NCBI GenBank assembly: GCA_964199315.1
Contig: OZ116707.1
Span: 5,828,001 to 5,892,000 of the forward strand
DNA from: Orbicella franksi
Lineage: Eukaryota
Direction: 5' to 3'
DNA: 64,000 bases
Numbering within the stretch: position 1 is the first letter of the stretch; every line of letters starts with the position of its first letter. This document shows, piece by piece, positions 51,862 to 64,000 of the stretch. The translations under genes and the position numbers were made by a program. Below the pieces are notes generated by a model. The model was not told the DNA's origin, made no database searches, and saw only the letters and a program-made list of their open reading frames with translations.

Positions 51862-52025
51862 GGTGGCCTATCAGCCTATCCTGGTTTTGGTAGTAAGAAG
51901 TGACTACGAGTATTTTTACTCTCTTCCTCCCTTCCCCCTCTCCTGGACAGGATTCTAGTCCATTGCAAGGTCACCCCCAGCATTTGAATTGCCTGGTACC
52001 CATTTACACACCTAGGTGGAGGGGG
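51862..52025 (+). mobile_element. SINE-like interspersed repeat fragment
   Basis: aggtggcctatcag...ctagtccattgcaaggtcacccccagcatt...ggtacccatttacacacctaggtgga resembles a SINE core I recall from cnidarians. Confidence 0.5.
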
Positions 52026-52105
52026 AAAATATATTATTCTGCAGATTGCCTTGTCCCAACCTGTACCAGAACACCCCATAACTGACATTGCCTTTATCTT
52101 TAGGT

Positions 52106-52918
52106 AAAAAGCTAGCTGATGGTAAAGGATAGGGTGGTACGGGAAAATTAACCAATGCAAGAATCGACACCATCCAGAATTTCTCTGGGAGGTCCATCAG
52201 GGACAATAAGGGTAATGCCAAGGCAATGGCAAGGGCAACACAGGCTATATTGAAGCATTACTCGAGTAGCATTGAAAATCCATGGCATGAAGACTGCCCA
52301 GAAGGTCCCTCCTCGTGGTGTAGTTACCAACACAATATTGCTGATGGAACAAACTTACACAAGCCCATAAAGAACCCACTCCCTGATGCCGTTGTTGAAG
52401 TGATTAAGCCACTATTTGATCGACTGGGTGCTGAGACTTTCTTAACTGGATGTGCAGAGTGCTACACACAAAATAGAAATGAATGCTTGCACCATGTGAT
52501 ATGGGGCATGGCTTTGAAAGAAGTATACAGCTCACCACAGGAGATCAGCATTGCAATTAGTCTTGGGGTGCTGCAGTTTAACTGGGGCTATAGTGCCACA
52601 TATGTAGATCTTCTTCCATGCCTTGGTATCCAGGTTGTTCCACAGATGCAAGCAACATGGAAGAAAATTGATACTGAGAGGATCTACCAGTCTGATTATA
52701 GAAGTTCCTCAGAAGTCAAGAAGCGATGAAAACAGAAGCGGAAAGAAAAAATGAAGAAACAGGAAGCCTTCATTCATGAAGAGGGCATCACATACCAGTC
52801 ACAGGCCTTTCGTGGTGGAGAAGAAAATGCTGGGAAAAAGGGAAAGAATGGAAGGAAACCACCAAGAAAGCCAAAGGAAAAGGGGAAGAAGAAAAGAGGA
52901 TCTCGTACCAAGAAATGA
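52106..52918 (+). pseudogene. Kolobok-Hydra / 'Mutator-like' transposase C-terminal exon
   Basis: DGKG*GGTGKLT..IDTIQNF.G.SIR.N, HEDCPEGPSSWCSY, TQNRNECLHHVIW; stops at ~52131 and 52727-52729. Confidence 0.75.
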
Positions 52919-53187
52919 CGCTCATTAAATGCAACTAAAACCTGGTTCCCTTATTACTGTAGTGGGCAAAAGCATTAGGGATATATGCATGTGCATTGTT
53001 GAATGTTTTTTTGAATGCTAGATTAGTGCATTAGAATAAGTGAGATACACACATGCTGCACATTGTGCACATTGTGCTGATTGTGTTCTTTCTTCCTATT
53101 TGGTTGGTGGTTGTTTTCAACATTATGCTTTAGTGGGATTTCTCAAAGAGCATTGGCCCAAGGGGTGGGCAAACAGTCTACATTCTA

Positions 53188-53428
53188 AAAGACCATTTTA
53201 CAGTTGTCTGCAGTGTCCTGGCCTTTGAACGGTAGCCAGGCTGGAGGTGACCTTGTTTTGATACAGACCTCGCTGCATTTGTCATGTAAATCAAGTCGTT
53301 CTGATGCTAACTACTAGTTTGCACTCACATGAGAAAAACAGAGAGGTTAGTATCAATGCAAGGTCAACTACAGCCTCACTACTATTCAAATGCTGGTCAC
53401 TGAGCAGACAACTGTAAAATGGCCTATT
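53188..53428. mobile_element. MITE
   Basis: gaccattttacagttgtctgc / gcagacaactgtaaaatggcc. Confidence 0.8.
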
Positions 53429-53963
53429 GGCCTCTTGACTTGGTGGTTATAGCGGGGGAGGTTATTGGGACCTCGATTTATACCTCGGACAAATTTTTTT
53501 TCTTTAATATTAAGACATATTCAGACATAAACATAATTGAAAGATGGTAAATGAACACTTTCTTTATTTGGATATTGTTTACAGTTTCCCTGGTAGCTCC
53601 ATTGCCTCACAAAACTGAGTCATTGTGACTTTGTAAGACAAACTGGTTAAACAATAGATTGTAGATTGGATTATCATTTGCAGAAATACCACAATTTGTA
53701 TTTTATTCTCGCTTTGGTTATTCTAAAACTGTTCTACTTAGCTTGAAGCCAGTGTATTGACAAAAACATCGTCACAAAATCAAATGAACAGTGCAATACA
53801 AACCTCTCTAATTTCTCCTTTGATATCACCAGGGACCAATTGATGTATGAAGGACAACACGGCAGTGGGAAAAGAAAATTCCGCCTCTGGTGGAGCAATC
53901 TCTTTCCGCTAATGTAATGGGAAAATAAGAGACAAAAATTAGACTGAAAAGAAAAACAATAAT

Positions 53964-54170
53964 GAGGCCCTAATGGGGATCATTGGGATACAGGATATTT
54001 AGGTAAAAAATTGTAGGGATATGGGGTATTTTGGGGAAAAATTATCTGGATACGAGATCTTAAACAAGAGATTCTGGGATATCGAACATAAAAGTTGGGA
54101 AAACAAATCACCGTAATTAACAGGATAGGGGATACTTGGACCACCCCCCATCCTCTCCTAATGGGGCCTC
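53964..54170. mobile_element. Short GGGATA-rich MITE
   Basis: gaggccctaatgggg / taatggggcctc ends; repeated gggata motifs. Confidence 0.5.
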
Positions 54171-55609
54171 AATAATGCTTTTTGCCCATTACTTCCGTTA
54201 CAGGACAACGTTAATTCCGTTTTTCAAGACAACTTCCCGCTTGCGTCAGGTCAGGTGTAGTGGAGTGCGAGCTAAGCATAAGTGTGTGGTGGTGTGTGGA
54301 TCCACAAGCTTGCAGAGGGACTGTTTGTACTAACTTTTTAGATGGCAACAATCGTATGAATGTCTCGAGTAAACGCTATAAGATCATTTTAAATGTGAGC
54401 TCTTCACTGTTCCTTGTCACAGCGACGGCCTTTATGCCATTGCTCATAGTGTGAGGATATGGAATGAAAACACAATACATACTAATAGTGCGTGCACCCA
54501 GTTGCAATAGTGAAGATAGCAGTTTCTTCTTGGAGGTTTTCCTCATTTTATTTTGTCTTCCACGCTGATTTCCAATGAAGGGGCAAAATGACTCTCATCA
54601 TGACTAAAAGAAAGTAAATCATGATCAGGGAATGTATAAAAATAGCCAGCATGGGGCATATTCTGCACTCAGACTTTGATTATTACACTCTTTCAGGAGC
54701 CCATTCCGTGTATGAGTGTGTATAAAATTAGAATCAGCGGTGCAACAATATTTTTTCTTACCCAGCTAATGTCACTTCCTCCAGCATCTTTGCCTTTGCA
54801 TTGACATCAGTCGTTGAATTTCTGTTTAAGACATCCACTCCAGCATTTCCCTTTGTGCGCTTGCATTTTCTTGGGGATCTTCTGTGGGCCTTTGGCATCT
54901 TTATTGACATGGTCATAATTTTGAAGATAAGTCAACCGATATGTAAAATTTCAAAGGCTAATAGAGTAAATCACAAGATGATTTCATGTTTACTAACCTT
55001 GGAATTCTGACTTCGCACATGAAAAAGTGGTTTATTCATAGAAAAATAATTTACCGCGTGCCTTCGTGGGAAATTTGTACCTGTTTCATGTCAACTGTCA
55101 CACTCCTATCTATTGTATAGAAAGTTGATTCATCTGCGGTTTCTCCCTTAGTGTGATAATCCCATAACACTTGGATGCCCCCGAATTTTAGTTTTTCTCT
55201 GTTTCTTGAAAGTAAAAACAGGCAAGTTTTACGTGCATTTTGAGTTCCAAGTTGGCGGGCAGTTCTATTTTTTTCCCTTTTCAAACTTTATCCTCTTGTA
55301 AAAGAATAACTAACACATGTGCCAAAAAATCTGAGACACAGTTTTTGAGGTCAATGTTTGAAGAAACAGATGCCATGTTAATTGTTTCCTCCAGCCTAAA
55401 TTTAGTGGGTGTATACCTTGATTTGTGGGTTCTTGAAGCCTTGTAAACATATTCACATTTGCAAAAAATGGTAGATTTTTTACTGTTTAAATAGATCGGG
55501 TCATAATCTGTAGTTATTAAGCTTCCAAAAAATATACGGTTTATATGGGTTTTTGTTAAAACCAAGAACGCTTTAGCAGACCACACGCAGATGGTCAAAT
55601 GGGTTATAC

Positions 55610-56258
55610 TGATACCTTAAATACAGGTCCAATACTCATGTATGAATTGCCATGTGCAAGCCTATATATTCCTAGGGCTAAAACCTTTTCTGGTGGAATA
55701 CAGTCCCTCAATCGTGTATTCTCTCTGGTTAACCACGGCGTCAGGATGCCAACCACGGCTTGAAAGGTCCCTCTCTTCATTCTCAGCTGGTGTCGAAAGT
55801 AATCTTCTGGCATGTTTCTATCATGGAAATGTATTTCAAACCATGACTGCTGGATGCAGTAAAGTCCATGACCATGGACGGTTTCATAAATGACATCTAT
55901 TCGAGCAAACCCTATGTCTTCTAATAGCAGACACTAACTGTTGAAAAGCCTGCTCGTAGTGCACCAACAATACTAAAAACGCTGCATTGTTTTGTTGAGA
56001 CTGAAACACAAAATTGAACAAAAGCCCAAAAGCTGCAAAAATAATCATGTTTATGATGATTCATTCTTGCACAATTAACGTGTGAGATGTTTTGTTGTCT
56101 GGAGATCTTGTGACGTATATGTCAATCAGCGAAGTTTTGGTTAAGACATGTTGGTCCAATACGACCACCGCCAAAATTTGGAACTTGCAAAATTTTAGCC
56201 AATTTTTGTCCTCGCCAAAAATGAGAAATATTCAAATTGGCTCTAGTGCGACCCGGCC
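55610..56258 (-). mobile_element. PIF/Harbinger 5' fragment (transposase N-terminus + one terminus)
   Basis: FRHQLRMKRGTF..V..L...NTRLRDCIPPEKVLALGIYRLAHGNSY; terminus GGCCGGGTCGCACTAG on the minus strand ending at 56258. Confidence 0.75.
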
Positions 56259-56438
56259 GTAATTCATATAAAAAAATATTTGATTAAAAACAATGCTTGA
56301 TTTTGATTTAAGCTTGATTGAACACTTTGACAGCAGCTTGCTTTTTGTACAGGTAATAAAAGCCAGCTGATTAGATGTTAAGATTTTATACTTCTTTTTT
56401 GTTTTCAGAAGGAGACAGGTCCACCGTAAAACAGTTAA

Positions 56439-59400
56439 GAGTAAATGTCAGTAAAAATCAAAGATTATCGAAAAAATCGCGGACATGGCCAAAAATCGAT
56501 TTGGCTCATTTTTTGCCTGTAGGTAGCCTTATATAGTAAAGTAACGGAAATGGGGTTAGATGTTTGAAATATGCACCTTAACGGGAATAAACCGTTGAAA
56601 ACTTTCGGCGGGTCAATTGCTCAAATTTCACCAAGCGCGATCCTTAAATTATGCACTATTCGGGCAGCTGTCATATGAACAAAAATGTTACAGAAGGACT
56701 TTTCTAGCTATAGAAATATAGAGTTGGACTTGCTTTAACGAGAAAAAGTGATAGTTTTTGTCTCGTGTTATTCCTGGAGGAGCTACGTCTCTGTTAAGAG
56801 ACGACGTTTTCGGCCTTTTGAAATTAAGGCAAAGGTGGCCCAGAATAGCTTGGCAAAAATACATGTGGTAGTGTCTCAAAGTTTACAATAACACTACCAA
56901 GAAGCCTTGAAAGATAGTTCTTTACGATTTGGGTTTTATTTCTTTGGGACCTTTGACAATCAAAAGATGACCACCGGCCGTATTTCGGTTAAATACTGTG
57001 ACGCCGTAATGAGATGCATAATAACAAAATTAAACGCGTTGTACACAAATAACTGTTTTGGTCAGTTACATCTTCACTGGCCGTTGAAATGACTAGAAAC
57101 ATATTAAAATGTCTACAACTACACTTTATTTTCATATACTGAGACAGGAGAAACAAATTTTGACTTTTCCTACCCTGTGAATCGCGCCATAATTCTGCAT
57201 AATTCTGAACACAACAGGTTGAACAATTGAATTGCACACAACAGGTTAAATTTGCCACACAGTCGTTAGTTTACGTTTGCTTCGCATCCAGTGAACATGA
57301 ATTCGAGCATTTGCATCCCTTCTGCGCCTTCTGCACTCGCCAGTTTCGAACATACTGAAACTCGTCAACATAAATTGCAAGAGACGCCACAAATTGTGGC
57401 GAGCTCGAGTGACTGAAATGCGATATGTAGAACTCTGCTGTCACGCAACGCCCTCTTAAAAATTGTATACGCACTGCCTTTTATAATCAGCGGATCAGTT
57501 ATTAGTGAAACGTATAGTGCTCAGTTACTTGGAAGTGCAGGTACACTCCTGGACTAATTGTGTGAGTCGTGCGATGTATGGCTTTTTCCTCTTCTGAGGT
57601 GCAATGTCAGAAATATCCAGCCTAAGGTCGATGCACATGTCTCTTAGCCTATCCACTCTTAAAGTTGTGAGTGTACGTTTTTGTACAAGTTCGCAGATGT
57701 TAAGATCGAAAGATACAATCGGATGGCGAATAGCCACATCTCTCATCACATTTGCACACACAGCAGATAGATGACTCTCAGCATCGGCGAAATTTCGTCC
57801 TCGTCGGCACTCTCCATGGCCACTTCTGAGACTTCACTAGCTTTTGCTTCGTTACGGCGGCTGTAACTTCTAATCGCTTCTTTGCTGAAAGACGGCTAAA
57901 ATAGCCACTAATCTGCTGCGACGTAAGGACTTCATCAGGTTGAAGTCGGCGTTCCCCCGCCTGGTCTCTTGCTAAGCACATTGCTTTCGAAACTCCCTGT
58001 GGATCGCTTTTCCGTCCACTTTGCTCTACGAGTTTCTCTAAATGATCAAATGCGTCCGCTCCTTGTGCTGAAAAGTTATCAAGTCCTTGAAGAGACTTGC
58101 GAACAGATGAAGAACACACCGCCAAAACTCTCTGTGGGGTTCTCTTACTCATAAGCTCAAAGTTGGTTTCACAGCAATATTGTTGATACTGCTGGACAAT
58201 GCGCTCTGGTATCATTGTTCTGATCACATTGGGTGTTTTTATGATCTCGCCAGTTTTTATGATCTCGCCAGATGACAATTTCAGAAGTTTTTCCCCAAAA
58301 GGAACATCTTGAATTACGTGTGGACTCGTTATGAAAGAAACAAAATGTTCTAATTTTTCAGGTTCAATCCTCATTCTCTTTTTTTCCTGGTTTGGAAGAG
58401 GAGCAGCTCTTCCAGGTAACAGCCTGTGGCGTTGGGCAATGTTGTAGCGATAGCTAGTAACGGCTGGAATAAACTCTCTCATCTCCTTAAGGGATAACTC
58501 ATCTGCCATCAATGAGAGTATTTGTTGTCTGGTGCTCCAATGTTGCGCGTTCAAGTAGCTCTCAGCAAATGCATTAAGAAGCTCCGTCTCTTTTTCACTT
58601 CTGCCTTCGACCACAACCTGACTCTCTCTGCTTACAAAATGACGATCACAAAGCTCCGTCCACAGTTCTTGCGAATTTTCAGGTGCCAGGACATCAAGCA
58701 TTGCAGATATACATTGTTGAGCTTTCCGTAGGTATCTGCGTTTAGTACGCTCGTGCGCTGTATTCCACGGCACTTATAACGTGTGACGTACTGGACTGAC
58801 GTCTCGAAGCTGTAAGAAGCGATTAAGCTGCACCTGGGACTCGTTGTATAGACTGGAGCCTTCATCACTGTCTTCGGAATCTTCTTGTGGAAAAAAAAGG
58901 CTCTGCCGTCTGGATGTGGAACCTTCTGGCAGTTATTCATCAAGAACAGTTACAGGACAAGTAATGGCAGGAATATTAAAGTCACTCGCTTGTTCATCAA
59001 CCTGACAAAAAAGTGGACACATTGCTTTGGATGGCTTCAAAATGAGATCAACCGTGTGCAAGCGCGGGGTGTCGTGTATAAAAGCGCAAGTCGCATGCGA
59101 GCTGGAAAGTAATATTCGATAATTAATTCATTTGACTGGTAACCTATCCTGATATCTTTATCCAGTTACTACTCAGTATTATTTTCCATTTGGAGCATTT
59201 AGAAAAAAGTTGAGAAGCCATATATTAATTTAAAACCTTTATTATTTGGCTATATTCTGGGATGTGATTGGCTATCCGGGCAGGGCACGCTTTTCCAATT
59301 CTTGTGCCATGTATGGTCTTGCCCAATCGTTGACGGGCGGCAATGGCGGCATTTTGAGGATGCGCATGCAAGTTATCCTGGCTACGCCCTTCTCCCGCGT

Positions 59401-61818
59401 GGGTTGAACCCCTGAAAAGGGCAGAGAAGGGAGAATTCAGAGAATGCGCCAAGGTTTTCCACTTTCATTAACTATATTGGATCGAAATTTTTCATAAACA
59501 CTTTGAAGAAACTCACCAAGCTTAGACCACATAGACCTTCTGTGATGTTTTCTACACCTCCTGTGGCACCCAATTCCTGCGATTCTAACTGATTTTTTGT
59601 TTTTGCCAGAGACTGTCAACATCGTACACAAATTCTTTTAATATTTGGAGAGAAAGGATTAACTTATTCTTTTCTACTTTACACATCCCCCTTGAACAAA
59701 TAGCTCTGGCAAAAGTACAAACCTAGCCCAGGAAAAAAGCCCCACAAACCTCAAACTGATTACGCAATCTGTAGTTTACCTTTTCACAAGTCAGTCTTTT
59801 AAGTTCCTTTCCTTTTTTTCCGGAGCATTGTTGGAAGGAATTCTAATATTTGTAAAATATTTCAATTCGAGTGTTCCCTTTTGAATAAGTCTTGAAGAAG
59901 GTGAAAATGCTGAGTAGATGCCAGTGTTTGAACAAGATTTCGACGTAAAAGTATTTGCAAAAATCCTGAAAACTCGTGAGACATGAAAATAATTTTGCTG
60001 TTAAACTTGGCGTTATTTTACGTGGCAGTGAAGTGATTTGAAGTAAGGATATGAAGTCTGTGATTCCCGCCAAGTACCCTGCGTGAAATGAGAAGTTATA
60101 CGGATGTTTATCGTCGCATAAAGTGAGAATAAACATTGTAATCGTTTACCTGATCCGATGGGTACGAGGTTTTTCGTAAGCTCAAAAATGTGTATTGAGT
60201 GCTGCAAACTAATTCCCCTTTCTGCTGCAGGTACTCTTTCAGATTCCTTTTTGTGACCGGAGACATCCTGAGGCACAGAACATAATCTACTGGCTCTTCT
60301 CCATCCGATTCCAAGGCTTGATCGATGTAACGGGCAAACAGTCATTTCCGAAAAATTGACGGGCTTCACGAAAATCCCGCTTCTCGCTAAGATAAGTTTT
60401 ATTTCTGTCTCAACACCTGAAAACTGTAAAAAACGCTTGTGGCTTCTGATATCCTTGCTGCACGATGACAGTGATACTGTCTGAGTGGACGGATGCCTTG
60501 CGCGTTCCTCTGCACCACAAACGCCACCAACAATATCAAGGAAAGAACAAGACATTTTTTTCTGCTGGAGTTAAAGCAACCGTTATCTTTGTTGCTTTCA
60601 CCGACGATCATTACGCTTTTGCTTTTTCTTTACTTTCGTTAACTGGTTACATTTGTATCCCGTGGGAAAATTAAATCGTTATTTTCGTTCCATAAAGTTT
60701 TCACTGTACGTTTTAAATTTGTGACATTTTGTAAAGTCTGTTTCTTTGTTGTATCTTTTTTGTTCATGACGGCAATATTTTTGTTTAGCTTTTATTCGTG
60801 TTGCAGAATGTATTGTTAGTTGATCTGTTTACGTGACAGATTATCACGTCACGCAGTCCACACGCAGACAGGAACCTGTGCAAATCGCTAGCGGTGCCTG
60901 CCGTGCTTGTATGGGATCTTCTGTGTGTGGGACGTCAAAAAAACCAAAATTAGGATCAAAGTAGACTAAACGAAACTGGGTTGCGACACGCTATAGAAAA
61001 TGACGAAAACAAGTCACTTTTAAAGCTTACTCATCACCGGCTCAGTGGCTTCATTGAGTGCGCCGGTCGGCCCCCTTTACACCAACTTGCAGAGGACAGT
61101 ATTTCGAAAGAATATTCCAAGTGGCATAATAAGGGCCTATAAAAGATTTCTAAGGTAAGGAACTATTGATATCAAAGCAAACATAACAAGCTAAGTGCGG
61201 CTGCGACTCAAACAATGGTTTGCTTGTGTCACTGCAATGTTGATTTTGTTCATTTCAATATGGCGCCATTTACAATTTTACCGAAGTTTGGTTGGTTGGT
61301 ATTTTGAAACAGTAGAAGATACCAGAAAAATGAAACGATAAATTTGAAGACCTACCTTATAAGCCCTCGTGATAGTATTGCTGGAAATTTTGAGACACTA
61401 CCACATGCACTTTTGCCACAATATATTAGGCCGGGTTTGACGTGAACTAAAAATGGCGAAGACGTCCTCTGGTAATTGACCCGTGGTTTCATCAGGAAGG
61501 ACAATACAAAAAATATCAGTATATCTTGGTAAAGGAAGGCCAACTGTATATATTTATAGCTAGACAATTCCTGCTGTCGCATTTTAGTTCATCTAAGGTC
61601 GGCCTGAAAACTGCATAATTTCGAGCTCGCACGCACTCATTTTCGATCATGCAATTCATAACGGTTTATTCGCGTCAAAATGAATATTTACAGAAACTAA
61701 CCTCATTTCACTTTAGCTAGTACCTATAGCTACCTGTAGACAAAAAATGGGACGAAACGAATTTTTGACCATGTCCGCGATTTTTTTATCTTTCTTTGAT
61801 TTTTAGAGACATCCACTC
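56439..61818. mobile_element. Sola3-type DNA transposon, internally deleted (5380 bp)
   Basis: TTAA TSD at 56435-56438 and 61819-61822, GAG...CTC termini, imperfect TIRs 56439-~56880 and ~61389-61818. Confidence 0.8.
57525..60555 (-). pseudogene. Sola3-type transposase lacking the catalytic core
   Basis: N-terminus LILAR..CPLHR.SLGIGW..C.VP..GSG|ICVRC*. Middle ITSPHVIQDVPFGE..PNVIRTMIPERIVQQY..SVRKSLQGLDN. Jumps at ~58020 to the C-terminus LTSQQISGYFSRL..HPIV..NICEL..CTC. 18-bp duplication gives GEIIKT twice. Confidence 0.7.
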
Positions 61819-62419
61819 TTAAAATGTTTCCAGGGAATAAAATCCCTATTGTCAGAGGCAATGTAGTCGCCAAAAGGCAATTTGAAGACCTTCTACAAAG
61901 CTGCAAAGATCCCTTAAAACCTGAAATTGGCTGTGAAGGTAAGAATTTCACTATGGTAAACATCAAGAGTCGAGTACAAAAAAAGGGCAAGCATTCTCTA
62001 ATATAAAAACTGAAGTGAAGAATAATTATATAATAATAATAATAATAATAAAACATTAACATATTGTTTTTTGATTCCTTATTCCAAATCCCAGTCTTTA
62101 AATGAAGAACAATCTGATTGAGGCTTTGGTGTGGCATTTGTTTCATTGCAAACCTCTTGTCTTATTTAATCATAGATGAGCTCAGGTGACACATAAGAGC
62201 AATTTTGGATGAAAGAGGGTGAATGGTATGTGAAGGCTACAGCTATGCTGATGCAGGGGTAAGTCAACACAGTGAACATTTCAACAGCTTATGACTACAA
62301 ATTAATGGTAAATACCATTGATGCCATTTTGCTGTTTCAAACTTGACCCTCAATATATCAAAATCTTGTTTGCAGCTGGGTGGCATTTTAAAATGTTTGT
62401 CAAAAATTGCTCCAGTTGA

Positions 62420-62806
62420 ATTTATTTTAGACCGCAGCAGAATTCAAAGTTTTTTATTTATTTGGTGTGTGCACAGGAAACCAGCTCCACTGATGACAGT
62501 GATGAAAAGGTTCGAGAGAAAAACATTTGTGGAGAAGAGGGCAGTTTATTATAGGACAACTACCACCTGGGACTCATTGGACCTTACTTTAAAACTCAGT
62601 AGAACTATTTCAATTTTTAAAAAAGCATTGAAACGAAAATTAATTGTAGAGTTTTTAAATTTGTGATTATCTAAATTAGAATGTAATATTAATTTTAGTA
62701 TATTAGTATTTAATTGCAGTATTGTACCATATTGTCTTCGAAAAGCCCCCATGGGGAAAGATAATAAAGGATGTATGTATGTATGTATGTATGTATGTAT
62801 GTATGT
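62420..62806 (+). mobile_element. LINE (L2/CR1-like) 3' end with (TGTA)n tail
   Basis: ..VYYRTTTTWDSLDLTLK.S.TISIFKKALK resembles the LINE ORF2 C-terminal W..L...k...s...FK..LK motif. 3' UTR then a (tgta)n tail at ~62772-62805. Confidence 0.7.
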
Positions 62807-63176
62807 GACCTTTCCTTTGAAGCTACACGAAGCAAAACGAATGGATCCCGTGGAAAGGGAAAGAAGAGTTCTTCTAGCCATAGTAGTGTGAGCCCAAAGA
62901 TCACAGATGAGAGTAATTCTGATGCCTTTGAGGATGAACTTCAGTTACCTGGTAATCTAGAAAAAAATGTTCAAAACATTGCTTTATCTTACTTTTCATT
63001 CTTATGCCACCATTACCGGTATATCACCCACTAATTACTTAAGGTAATTTTATGGAATATCCCTATTAATTTAGTGTAAAAAAACCCTATCTTGTCACTT
63101 TGAAAAAAGGTAAATAATATACACCCTAAGCAAATATGGTGGACCACTCTGTCGTCGCCTGGAACAAGTTGTACGA

Positions 63177-63977
63177 AAGGGAGGCTAGTTGGGTGTCGGT
63201 GTTTTGTTTTGACAATGCCTCCCCAGAAAAGTCTTGCTTTGTTGATGATCTGGTCTGCTTTATTTTGCTATGCCCAGGAGTTTTTGTGTTCCTGAATGTC
63301 TCCAGAAGGGAGTGAAATCCTCCACAGGAGAGAAAGGTTTTTTTTAGTTTCCCTGTTCACCTCTGAGGGGAAAACAGATGAAGGAAAGAAGTTCACGATC
63401 GCAGAGGGAACTGCAAAAGTTTGTTTGTTACATTTCAGGCTAGAAGATCTTAGAAAATGTGTCACGGATCGCATTTAGCTCCAAGTCGTTGTCATTTGGC
63501 TCAATGCTTTCACTGGTTTAAACGACAGAGGCAGCTGAAGTTCATTTGCAATTCCACCGTAATATTTCTTTCGAGTGATTCAGTTTGGGTAAAGTCGAGG
63601 TGGACGTAGACAACTTCTTCTCTTTAGACAGGGGATGTCTTTCAAGAGGAGCTGTTCTTTACCTTGGGGAAGGTACTGGCCATGCAAATTGTGTTGAAAC
63701 ACCACCAGACACCACATAAGCTCATCATTTAAATGATTTTCTAAGATCTTCCAACCTGAAAATGTAGTGAACAAACTTCACTTCTCTGGGTGTTCATGAA
63801 CTCACTTCCTTCGTCTTGATGAATTGCATGGATCCACTATTTTCAGCCTTAGAGGTGAACATTGGACAATTTCTATCCCTTCTCGTAGCATTCAGGAACA
63901 CAAAAACTCCTAGGCATTGCAAGACTTTTCTGGGGAAGCATTGCCAAAACAAAACACACAGGCCCAACTAGCCTCGC
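63177..63977. repeat. Diverged inverted duplication (arms ~63177-63470 and ~63730-63977)
   Basis: gaggctagttggg..tccccagaaaagtcttgc..caggagtttttgtgttcctgaatg and ttttctaagatcttc..cctgaaa occur on opposite strands. Confidence 0.8.
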
Positions 63978-64000
63978 TTTCATACAACTTTTCCCAATTA

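Larger units (their letters stand above)
56409..62950 (+). pseudogene. Unknown multi-exon gene remnant split by the Sola3 element
   Basis: Removing the element and one TTAA joins 56409-56438 to 61823-61938 in one open frame (RRQVHRKTVKMFPGNKIP...GCE). Further exons at 62176-62258 (two TGA) and 62823-62950. Confidence 0.55.

Overview
AT-rich eukaryotic (metazoan) DNA with GT-AG introns. The repeat families look cnidarian or coral-like (inference). I find no convincing intact host gene: the window is a nested transposon graveyard. Main contents: (1) a complete TTAA-flanked Kolobok element (11007-15477) with a dead THAP-DDE transposase convergent on an intact three-exon gene for a P2X7 cytoplasmic-ballast-like (KolX) protein; (2) a CMC/EnSpm transposase head-to-head with a SAM-domain gene across a 198-bp double-CCAAT spacer, followed by a Ulp1-like remnant and an intronless kinase remnant; (3) a PHD-FLYWCH-MULE element inserted into a Tc1 (DD34E) transposase; (4) an exon fusing a RAP1/TERF2IP-type Myb domain to a CMC-like CxxC-H zinc motif; (5) an internally deleted Sola3-type element with ~440-bp TIRs that splits another gene's exon; (6) Penelope, Harbinger, Kolobok-Hydra and LINE fragments, many MITEs and small tandem arrays. 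All family names come from motifs and termini recognised by eye; no searches were run.
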